Assembly: GCA_963771465.1 (NCBI GenBank)
Contig: CAVYTU010000015.1
Span: forward strand, 672,001-736,000
DNA from: an uncultured delta proteobacterium
GTDB lineage: Bacteria > Desulfobacterota > Binatia > UBA9968
DNA: 64,000 nucleotides
Direction: 5' to 3'
The notes below the pieces were generated by a model. It searched no databases, had not been told where the DNA came from, and worked only from the letters and a program-made list of their open reading frames with translations. Below are positions 56,320 to 64,000 of the stretch, piece by piece. Made by a program: the position numbers and the translations under genes. The number at the start of each line of letters is the position of its first letter. The stretch's first letter is position 1.

Positions 56320-57999
56320 ATGGCCAAAAAAAAATTAACCGCAGCGAAAAATTCGGCGGCGGTTGCGGTCCGTCAATATCCCGACCTGCACGATCACCTG
56401 GAGCGACTCGAAAGCGAAGGCTTGCTGATTCGCGTCAAAGAGCCGGTCTGTAAAGATCAGGAAATGCATCCGCTGGTGCGCTGGCAGTTCCGTGGCGGCA
56501 TTAAAGAAAAAGACCGCAAGGCATTTCTCTTCGAAAAACCGGTCGATGCGCGCGGCAAATCATACGATATCCCGGTCGCCATCGGCATTCTCGCGGCTAA
56601 TCGACAGATCTACGGCATCGGCCTAGGCGCCGATCCTGCAAAGGTGAATGAACTCTGGGCCGAAGCGAAGGCGAATCCCATCGCGCCCGTGGAAATCCCA
56701 TCCGAGGCCGCCCCGGTGCATGAAGTCGTTTACCAGGGCGCGCAATTGCAACGGCCAGGTCAAGGTTTGGACGGCATTCCGGTGCCCATTTCCACGCCGG
56801 GTTGGGACAACGCACCCTATATCAGCGCCGCGCATTTCATCACCCAAGATCCCGACAACGGTATCCAGAACATCGGCACCTATCGCGCGATGATCAAAGC
56901 GCCCGATAGGGTCGGCTGCAATCCGTCATTGGAATTGGGCCAAGGCATCTACATTCACTGGGAAAAATACCGCGCCCGCAAAGAGAAGATGCCCGCGGCA
57001 CTCTGTATCGGCGGCGTGCCGGCGATCTCCTATGTGGCGGCGCAAAAACTCAACTACGACGTCGATGAATTTGCCGTCGCCGGAGGATTGGTCAATGCGC
57101 CGATTCGCGTCGTCAAAGCCAAGACGGTGCCGCTGATGGTGCCGGCCGACGCCGAGATCATCATCGAAGGCTATGTGTCCACGGAGTTTCTCGAACCCGA
57201 AGCGCCGTTCGGCGAGTCGCACGGCCATGTGAATCCGAAAGAATACAATCCCTACATGGAAGTCACGGCCATCACCCGGCGCCATAAAGCGATTCTCTGC
57301 TCGATCATCAGCCAGGTGACACCGTCGGAATCGAGCGTGATCAAAAAGATGGCCTACGAGCCGCTCTATCTCGATCATTTGAGAAATGTTTTGGGCATCA
57401 AGTCCGTCCTGCGCGTCATGTTGCACGAGCCGCTGACCGCGACGCAGAAATTGACCATTATTCAAATGCGCAAACCGAGCCCAGCCGAGGTTTGGCGCGC
57501 GCTGATGGGCGCGGTGACGTTTCGCCCGTCGATGTCGAAGATCGTCATCGCCGTCGACGATGATATCGACCCGGACAATCTCGACGCTGTCTTTTGGGCG
57601 CTCGGGTACCGTTCGCAACCGCATCGCGACGTGCAGATTATTCGCGGCACCGACGTCGGCCACGCGCCGCGCCACGACGCGCGCGGCGGCGCCGACGACT
57701 CCTGTCTGCTATGGGATGCAACGTTGAAAGAAACCTTCCCGCCCATCTCGCTGCCGAAGAAAGAATATATGGAGCGCGCGCGCAAACTCTGGGAGCGACT
57801 GGAACTACCCAAGCTCGAACCTGAATCGCCTTGGTACGGCTACTCGTTGGGTGACTGGAATCCCGAGCTCGACGAGGAAGCCAAACTCGCCATCGCCGGT
57901 GAGTTCTGGCGCACCGGCGAGAAAATCGCGCGCCAGCGCAAACGCACCGACGAAGTCGCGGTCAACACTTCTTACTACGGCCAGCAAAAAGAGAAATGA
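56320..57999 (+). CDS. UbiD family (prFMN-dependent) decarboxylase
   Basis: Motifs NIGTYR, VPADAEIIIEG, EAPFGESHG and IAVDDDID. Confidence 0.92.
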   Translation: MAKKKLTAAKNSAAVAVRQYPDLHDHLERLESEGLLIRVKEPVCKDQEMHPLVRWQFRGGIKEKDRKAFLFEKPVDARGKSYDIPVAIGILAANRQIYGIGLGADPAKVNELWAEAKANPIAPVEIPSEAAPVHEVVYQGAQLQRPGQGLDGIPVPISTPGWDNAPYISAAHFITQDPDNGIQNIGTYRAMIKAPDRVGCNPSLELGQGIYIHWEKYRARKEKMPAALCIGGVPAISYVAAQKLNYDVDEFAVAGGLVNAPIRVVKAKTVPLMVPADAEIIIEGYVSTEFLEPEAPFGESHGHVNPKEYNPYMEVTAITRRHKAILCSIISQVTPSESSVIKKMAYEPLYLDHLRNVLGIKSVLRVMLHEPLTATQKLTIIQMRKPSPAEVWRALMGAVTFRPSMSKIVIAVDDDIDPDNLDAVFWALGYRSQPHRDVQIIRGTDVGHAPRHDARGGADDSCLLWDATLKETFPPISLPKKEYMERARKLWERLELPKLEPESPWYGYSLGDWNPELDEEAKLAIAGEFWRTGEKIARQRKRTDEVAVNTSYYGQQKEK

Positions 58000-58051
58000 C
58001 CGATTCGCCGCCGTGGCACGGTTCGAAGGAACACGTCCCCGAGGAGCTTCG

Positions 58052-58969
58052 ATGGAATACAAAGCGCTAAAATGGTCCGTACACGATTATCCCCAAAATC
58101 CCGGCGAGCCGTGCATCGGCGTCGTCACGCTCAATCGTCCCGAGCGGCTCAATGCCGTCGACCCGCTCATGCGTCTTGAGCTCGACGCGCTGTGCAACGA
58201 GATCGCGCGCAACTCGATTGTCAAAGTCGTGATTCTCACCGGCGCGGGACGCGGCTTTTGCGCCGGCGGCGATCTAAAATCCGAGGGCGATGTGCTTGGC
58301 GCATTCGACGGCTCCATGGGCATCACCGGTCCCTACAAAGAAATCGCCGAGTATTTTTTCAACGACTTACGTCACAAAGTATTGCAGAGCGCGATGAAAA
58401 AGCTGGAGGACTTGCCGCAAGTCACCATCGCCGCCATCAACGGACCGGCGGTCGGCGTCGGCTTGGAGATGGCGACCCTGTGCGATATGCGCATCGCTTC
58501 GGCCAACGCCCGTTTCGGTGAAGTGGCGGTGCCCGCCGGATTTGTTCCCGAAAGCGGCGGCGCGCGCAACCTACCGAAGCTGGTCGGTATCGGACGTGCT
58601 ATGCGTCTGATTCTCACCGGCGAAATCATCGACGCCAAAGAGGCATTGCGCATCGGTTTGGTTGAAGAAGTCGTAAAGCATGGCGAGCTGATGAATGCAG
58701 CATTCGCGCTCGCTGGCAAGATCGCCGCCAACCCTTATCTCTCCGTGCGTCAAGCCAAGCGCTTGGTAAAAATGTATTGGAATTGGAACCGCACCGATGA
58801 AGGCTATCAACAGGAGCTCGACGCGGTGCTCGAAATCACCCGCACCCGAGATTGCCAAGAAGGCATGCGCGCTTTCGTCGAAAAGCGCCCGCCCCACTAT
58901 ACCGACCCCTACGGCGCGTACTGGCCGTTTCCATCCAAGAGTGACGCCAAGAAAAAGCAGAAAAAATAA
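58052..58969 (+). CDS. Enoyl-CoA hydratase/isomerase (crotonase) family protein
   Basis: GAGGAG RBS and motifs LNRPERLNA, FCAGGDL, AINGPAVGVGLE and CDMRIAS. Confidence 0.92.
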   Translation: MEYKALKWSVHDYPQNPGEPCIGVVTLNRPERLNAVDPLMRLELDALCNEIARNSIVKVVILTGAGRGFCAGGDLKSEGDVLGAFDGSMGITGPYKEIAEYFFNDLRHKVLQSAMKKLEDLPQVTIAAINGPAVGVGLEMATLCDMRIASANARFGEVAVPAGFVPESGGARNLPKLVGIGRAMRLILTGEIIDAKEALRIGLVEEVVKHGELMNAAFALAGKIAANPYLSVRQAKRLVKMYWNWNRTDEGYQQELDAVLEITRTRDCQEGMRAFVEKRPPHYTDPYGAYWPFPSKSDAKKKQKK

Positions 58970-58975
58970 AGCGCC

Positions 58976-60541
58976 ATGAGCGACGCATCAATCCCCTGGC
59001 CCAGCTATCGAAGCGCGCCTGAGCGACTCAATCTTGCTGCCGAAGTGCTCGACTCCTCGGTCGCTCGTGGTTGCGGGCCACGCGCCGCGCTCGTCGGCGA
59101 GCATGGAGCGATAACCTACCCATCGCTCTTGCAGCAGGTGAACGCCGTAGCCGCCGGTCTCAGCGAGCGCGGCTTACGGCGAGGCGATCAGGTACTGATC
59201 AAGATGGGCAACTCGCCCGAGTTCGCTATGGCGTTTCTCGCCGCGGTGAAACTCGGCGTCGTTCCGGTGCTGGTGAATTCATTACTATCCGCGGGCGAAC
59301 TGCGTCCCGTCCTGGAACAATCGCAGCCCAAGTTGATTTTTACCGAAGCGGCGTGCGCCGACGCGGTGCGAGAATTGCGCGCCAGCGGCTTGATCGATCA
59401 AGTGGTCTGTCGCGATGGCGCCGGCAAGAATGAGATTGCGTTCGAGTCGCTAACCGCGAATCGCGGCGCAACGATCGCTAACGCCGATACTCGGGCAAAC
59501 GAACCGGCCTTCATCGTCTACACCTCCGGCACCACGGGCCAACCGAAAGGCATCGTTCATGCGCACCGCTGGATCATCGCCCTGGGCGATTTGAACCGCT
59601 ACCGCTTACCGCCGCAAGACAACGACGTCGTCCTGGCCACCGGCGAATGGAGCTTCATCAGCGCGCTTGGCCACAATTTGCTTTTTCCGCTGCGCAACGG
59701 CGTCACGGGCGCCGTCTTATCCAGCCGCGCCACGCCGGAAAATATCCTCGCCGCCATCGAGAAATACCGCGTGACCGTGCTTCATTCCGTCGCCACGGTC
59801 TATCGCCGCTTGCTGGCGACGCCGGCCTTCGAAAAGCAGCATGACCTTTCGACGCTGCGCTGCGCTCATTCCACTGGTGAAGCGTTGGGCGCCGCGATTT
59901 ACGAGGAATGGAAACAGCGCGTCGGCTCCGAGCTCTACGAGCATTACGGTGTATCCGAATACCAGCTCGTCATCGGCCATGGCGTGCGCCATGCGGTCAA
60001 ACCTGGGTCGGTGGGAAAACTACTTCCGGGAGTTGGCGTGGCGATTCTCGACGATGAATTCCAGCCCGTGCCGACCGGCGCGCTCGGCCAGTTCGCTATC
60101 TCAACCGAAGATCCGGGTCTGTTTCTCGGCTATTACAAGGATCAAGAACGAACTCAGACCGTCGTCCGACTCGGCTGGTATTTCACCGGCGATCTCGCCT
60201 ATCAAGATAGCGACGGCTACTTCTTCATCGCCGGCCGGCGCGACGACTGCTTCAAAAGCCGCGGCATCTTCATCTCGCCGACAGAAATTGAAGACGCGCT
60301 GCAGAAACATCCCGCCATCGTCGAGGCTGTGGTGGTCGCTCAACCTGACACTGAAATCGGCAACAAAATCCGCGCTGTGGTCGTTTTGGCTGAAGGCTTC
60401 CGACCGTCAGACGATCTCACCCGAACGATCCGCGCTAGCCTGCGTTCGCAAATCGCCCCGTACAAGATGCCGCACAAAATCGAATTCGCCGACAGTTTGC
60501 CCAAGAGCGCGGTCGGAAAAATTGTGCGCACCGCGTTGTAA
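58976..60541 (+). CDS. Acyl/aryl-CoA ligase (benzoate-CoA ligase-like)
   Basis: Motifs YTSGTTGQPKG, YGVSE, TGD, GRRDD and LPKSAVGK. Confidence 0.9.
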   Translation: MSDASIPWPSYRSAPERLNLAAEVLDSSVARGCGPRAALVGEHGAITYPSLLQQVNAVAAGLSERGLRRGDQVLIKMGNSPEFAMAFLAAVKLGVVPVLVNSLLSAGELRPVLEQSQPKLIFTEAACADAVRELRASGLIDQVVCRDGAGKNEIAFESLTANRGATIANADTRANEPAFIVYTSGTTGQPKGIVHAHRWIIALGDLNRYRLPPQDNDVVLATGEWSFISALGHNLLFPLRNGVTGAVLSSRATPENILAAIEKYRVTVLHSVATVYRRLLATPAFEKQHDLSTLRCAHSTGEALGAAIYEEWKQRVGSELYEHYGVSEYQLVIGHGVRHAVKPGSVGKLLPGVGVAILDDEFQPVPTGALGQFAISTEDPGLFLGYYKDQERTQTVVRLGWYFTGDLAYQDSDGYFFIAGRRDDCFKSRGIFISPTEIEDALQKHPAIVEAVVVAQPDTEIGNKIRAVVVLAEGFRPSDDLTRTIRASLRSQIAPYKMPHKIEFADSLPKSAVGKIVRTAL

Positions 60542-60627
60542 CCTCTCATCGATTCATAGTCACCGCGGATCAGCTTGACAATTCCTACGGCCAAGTAATA
60601 CATCCAACCCAGCAAGGAGGAATTTTC

Positions 60628-61752
60628 ATGCGTGTCATCGATGCCGACGGTCACGTCGAAGAAAATTTAGAAACTTTTAGCGACAAATATCTCGATCCGG
60701 CGTTTCGCTCATCGCGGCCACGCGTCACCGGCGTCGATGGCCTGGCCTACTGGGTGATCGAAGAGCAGCTCTATCCGCGCCGCGTCGGCCCCGGTTGCCA
60801 CAATCTCGGCACGCCGACGAATGTGAATGGCCAGATCGCCGCGCATTCGCAAGGTAAATCCGACAGCATCGGCAGCATGGAGCTCACCGATATCACGGCG
60901 CGCGTGAAAGCGATGGACGATGAAGACATCGCCGTGCAAGTTATTTACACGACGCTGTTTCTCGCCTACCCGCTGACAACCAACGTTCCACTGGCGACCG
61001 CACTCACGTCATCTTACAATCGCTGGATGGGCGACCGGCTTTCGGGCCACCCGAGAATCAAGTGGGCCGCCGTCGTCAATCTCGATGACGTTCAAAGCGC
61101 AGTGCAGCAAGTGCGCGAAGCGAAAAAACTCGGCGCGGTTTCCGTCATGGTTCTCGGCACTGCTGGCAACGACATGCTCGACCATCCGCGCCTCGAGCCA
61201 TTCTACGCCGCGCTCTGCGAAGAAAATCTGCCTCTCGGCGTCCACGTCGGCTGGTCCTGCCCGTCGGTGAATAACCTTTACTCCCATATCTACCCGTCCG
61301 GCGTGATCGCTTTTCACGTCCCGCTGCTCATGGCATTCACCGCGCTCGTCAGCGGCGGCGTGCTCGATCGCTTCCCCGACCTGAAAATCGTCTTCCTCGA
61401 AGCCGGCTGCCAGTGGGTGCCGTTTATACTGGAGCGAATGCACCACCGCTACAAAAACCAAGGCTCGTCCTTGAGAAAATTCTTGCCCCAGACCGCGCCA
61501 ATTCAGAAACAGCCGGTCATGGACTACATCAAGCGCGGCAACATCTATTTCAGCACCGAAGTCGAAGATGAAATCTTGCCGAACGTTTTGAATCTCGTCG
61601 GCGAAGGCCAAGTCATCTTCGGCAGCGACATGCCCCACGGCGATCGCGACCGTTGCGCCGCCGCGATCCTGCAGAAACGCAGCGATATCAGCGAGTCGGC
61701 GAAAGGAAGTATACTCGACAAAAATCCGGCGCGACTTTACGGCTTGCATTAG
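60628..61752 (+). CDS. Amidohydrolase_2 family metal-dependent hydrolase/decarboxylase
   Basis: Motifs IDADGHV, GVLDRFPDLKIVFLEAG, FGSDMPHGD and NPARLY. Confidence 0.9.
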   Translation: MRVIDADGHVEENLETFSDKYLDPAFRSSRPRVTGVDGLAYWVIEEQLYPRRVGPGCHNLGTPTNVNGQIAAHSQGKSDSIGSMELTDITARVKAMDDEDIAVQVIYTTLFLAYPLTTNVPLATALTSSYNRWMGDRLSGHPRIKWAAVVNLDDVQSAVQQVREAKKLGAVSVMVLGTAGNDMLDHPRLEPFYAALCEENLPLGVHVGWSCPSVNNLYSHIYPSGVIAFHVPLLMAFTALVSGGVLDRFPDLKIVFLEAGCQWVPFILERMHHRYKNQGSSLRKFLPQTAPIQKQPVMDYIKRGNIYFSTEVEDEILPNVLNLVGEGQVIFGSDMPHGDRDRCAAAILQKRSDISESAKGSILDKNPARLYGLH

Positions 61753-61831
61753 CAGTTACCAGTTGTCGAGTCTCCGTAGTGTAATCTAGTTGTGTTTAGC
61801 GTAATTGACGCTTATTCTATGCAAGAACTGC

Positions 61832-62686
61832 ATGAGACTCGAAAACTCGATAGTTGCTTGTATATTTCTCGCTCTTGTCGGTTGCGCCACATTCGGCACC
61901 GAAACTGAATTTAGTTTCGGGCGGCAAGCGCTCATGCGCGGCGAGCCGGATAACGCCCTGCGCTATTTTGAGCGGACCGCCGCCGCCGATCCGAATTACG
62001 TGTACAAGGTTGGAGCGCTGCACGAAAGCGTTTGGACCTACATCGGCCGAGCACACTACAATTCCGGTAAGTACGCTGAGGCCAAAGTGGCCTTCAACCG
62101 CGCGCTGCAGCAGTTTAACGACGAACATTTGGCGCGGCTGTACGGCGGATTAATATTGCTCCGACCGGCGCCCGCCAAATCCGCTATGCCGGCGAACCCT
62201 TTCACTTTACAGGAGGTGACCTATGCCTTGCGCGAAGGCGTCGAGCCGCGCCGAGTCGCCACACTCGCGCGCCAGCGAGGAGTCGGCTTCGATTTGTCCA
62301 AAGAGACCGAGAGCCAACTAGCCAACGCCGGCGCAGATACCGCGTTGCTCGGCGAAATCAGGAAGATCCGCGCAGAGCTTACCGGCCGAGGAAGCACCAA
62401 CGATGCGCAGATCGCCCAGGGAGCCAAAGAGATTCGCACCGCCTTGGCTGGTCTCGAAGAGTGGATGAATTACACAGTTTATAATACGCCGCAGGGAGCA
62501 TACTGGGATCCCGGCGGAGATATCCGCAAACAGATCAAGAATGGGTTGGCGCTGTTTTCGGCGCGTCAGCTGGATATCCCAACGATCATCGCCAACGGCG
62601 AGATGGTCGCGTATCTATTTATCGAAGAGCCCGACAGGGCACGTCGCGACGAATCGCAAGATATGCGGCGCCGGCAACAGCGCTAA
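61832..62686 (+). CDS. TPR-containing putative lipoprotein
   Basis: Lipobox LVGC and TPR-like helices (WTYIGRAHYNSGKYAEAKVAFNRAL). Confidence 0.75.
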   Translation: MRLENSIVACIFLALVGCATFGTETEFSFGRQALMRGEPDNALRYFERTAAADPNYVYKVGALHESVWTYIGRAHYNSGKYAEAKVAFNRALQQFNDEHLARLYGGLILLRPAPAKSAMPANPFTLQEVTYALREGVEPRRVATLARQRGVGFDLSKETESQLANAGADTALLGEIRKIRAELTGRGSTNDAQIAQGAKEIRTALAGLEEWMNYTVYNTPQGAYWDPGGDIRKQIKNGLALFSARQLDIPTIIANGEMVAYLFIEEPDRARRDESQDMRRRQQR

Positions 62687-62723
62687 CATCGAAACTCACC
62701 GCTCCACGCGATCAGAAATAATC

Positions 62724-64000
62724 TCAGCAGTTCACGGATTGGCCGAGATTCTTCTCGGCATTGCAGGCGCGCCGGGTTTGCTCGCTCTCTTGGCGAATCT
62801 CCGCGCTCGACGGGTCAATGGCGCGAGCCCGCTCAAGTTCTGCTAGTGCTGCTGCATAATTGCCGGTGGTCCGATATTCTCTCGCCCGGTTGAGAAAAGG
62901 CGCGATCCTTTGCCGTAATTGCTCCGCTGACGGCGGCGCAACTGGTCTCGGCTCTGGATACTGTTGAACCGCCGGCTCATCCGCTTTGACAGCCGAGGTA
63001 AGCAATTTTGATGGCTTAGTTTCCGGACGGGTTTTTACGGGTGGATCGGGTTTGACGACGGTAATGACCCAAGGGTTACTTATCAAATCGCCATGTCGCG
63101 CCGATATCTTGGCGACCCCGGGTTGGATAGCTCTGACCTGCCCGCCGCCATCCACTCTGGCAACTTTGGACTCCGTGGTATTCCACCCTACTGGAGCTTC
63201 GATCTGACTGCTGGTTCCGTCCGAGTATTCACCTTTCACGACGACCTTCAATGTTTCCCCTGGCTTAAGCTCTGATCTGTCCGCGTTTACGGCCAGCTTG
63301 AGTAAACTCGGTGTGGTCGGTGCGGTTGGTGCCGTCGGTGCGGTTGGTATTTCCACTTTCTCGATTGTTGTCTGCGTGATTTGCGGCACTTGGTGGGGCC
63401 AAAATAAATACACGCCGAACAAAATAATCAGCCCAGCGCCGCCGGCGGCAATTTTCCAGGTGACTTTCCTGGAATCAGCGACCGTTTCCGTCCTCTGCGG
63501 TTCGGTTACCTGAATGGTTGGCTGCGCCACAGGCTCAACCGCCAGCGAGTGGGATGCGCTGACCACTGGTATTTCGCTAGGGGGGTCAATGGCGTGGGGC
63601 TTTGACTCGGGCGATTCTGAACTTTTGTTCTTGACTGGTTTAACTGGTTTTCCTAGACGGGATTCGAGATCACTGATCAAACCGCGCGCGCCTGGAGCGT
63701 CGCTGGAACCGTCCCAATCGATCAGATCGGCGGCTTGGATCGCGCGAAATCCCACCGGCGGTTTCACCGGTTCGATCAGAACCGGCACGAGCTTTTGCAC
63801 CATCCGCGCTTCTTCGGCTTCTTCCTTTACCCAATCGCTGACGATCGAATTGGTCGACCACAACACGACCATACAACGCATCTCATTCAACGCGCCTTCA
63901 ATCACCGAACGCCAGGTGCGTCCGGCGGGGATACGCCGGTCCCACCACACGGTCCACCCGGCCGATTCGAGGAGCGCGGCAACTTGAAGAGCTGTTTCTC
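62724..64000 (-). CDS. TIR-domain membrane protein with Ig-like (Big_2) and TPR-like C-terminal regions (5' end beyond window)
   Basis: TIR segment WWDRRIPAG...VVLWSTNSIVSDWVKEEA, one TM, Ig-like W..T...VARVD..GQV.A..PG.A.I, and YAAALAELERARAIDP. Confidence 0.82.
   Translation of the reverse strand, partial: ETALQVAALLESAGWTVWWDRRIPAGRTWRSVIEGALNEMRCMVVLWSTNSIVSDWVKEEAEEARMVQKLVPVLIEPVKPPVGFRAIQAADLIDWDGSSDAPGARGLISDLESRLGKPVKPVKNKSSESPESKPHAIDPPSEIPVVSASHSLAVEPVAQPTIQVTEPQRTETVADSRKVTWKIAAGGAGLIILFGVYLFWPHQVPQITQTTIEKVEIPTAPTAPTAPTTPSLLKLAVNADRSELKPGETLKVVVKGEYSDGTSSQIEAPVGWNTTESKVARVDGGGQVRAIQPGVAKISARHGDLISNPWVITVVKPDPPVKTRPETKPSKLLTSAVKADEPAVQQYPEPRPVAPPSAEQLRQRIAPFLNRAREYRTTGNYAAALAELERARAIDPSSAEIRQESEQTRRACNAEKNLGQSVNC

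Noticed and set aside
63310-63350. GGTGCGGTT/GGTGCCGTC 9-bp repeats
   Set aside because: They encode the PTAPTAPT linker of the TIR protein and are not an independent element.

Overview
A GC-rich bacterial genomic segment. Gene content (several TctC-like binding proteins, amidohydrolase/UbiD/CoA-ligase genes, REP-like palindromes) suggests a deltaproteobacteria-like lineage such as Ca. Binatia; this is inference only. Housekeeping genes include a purE tail, tsaC, pepF, cinA, tgt, surE, hslR, nth, eno, ftsB, pcm, uvrA, a phosphomannomutase, pdxA, surA and mfd. Four notable blocks sit among them. (1) 11.0-27.1 kb: a KaiC-like ATPase plus a 639-aa coiled-coil gene, divergent across two candidate sigma54 promoters from a complete chemosensory operon (RR, cheD, cheA, cheW, 3 MCPs, a PstS-like binding protein, cheR, cheB, cheY and an MshEN-like/CheX fusion). 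(2) 30.7-36.8 kb: a decayed accessory region with integron-like attC/attI sites, cassette-like ORFs, gene fragments and a ~490-bp direct duplication around a tctC gene. (3) 38.9-44.2 kb: a hybrid Fe-S locus (iscS-iscA-sufB-nifS-rrf2) with no sufC/sufD/iscU and an IscR-like operator. (4) 54.9-61.8 kb: an MFS/UbiD/crotonase/CoA-ligase/amidohydrolase catabolic cluster. Other oddities are a Tgt-MnmC methyltransferase fusion, a ~177-nt candidate structured RNA, a GcvH paralog without its lipoyl-lysine and a UvrA lacking the insertion domain. Single-base frameshifts in eno, cinA and elsewhere look like assembly indels. No rRNA, tRNA, CRISPR array, transposase or integrase was recognised.
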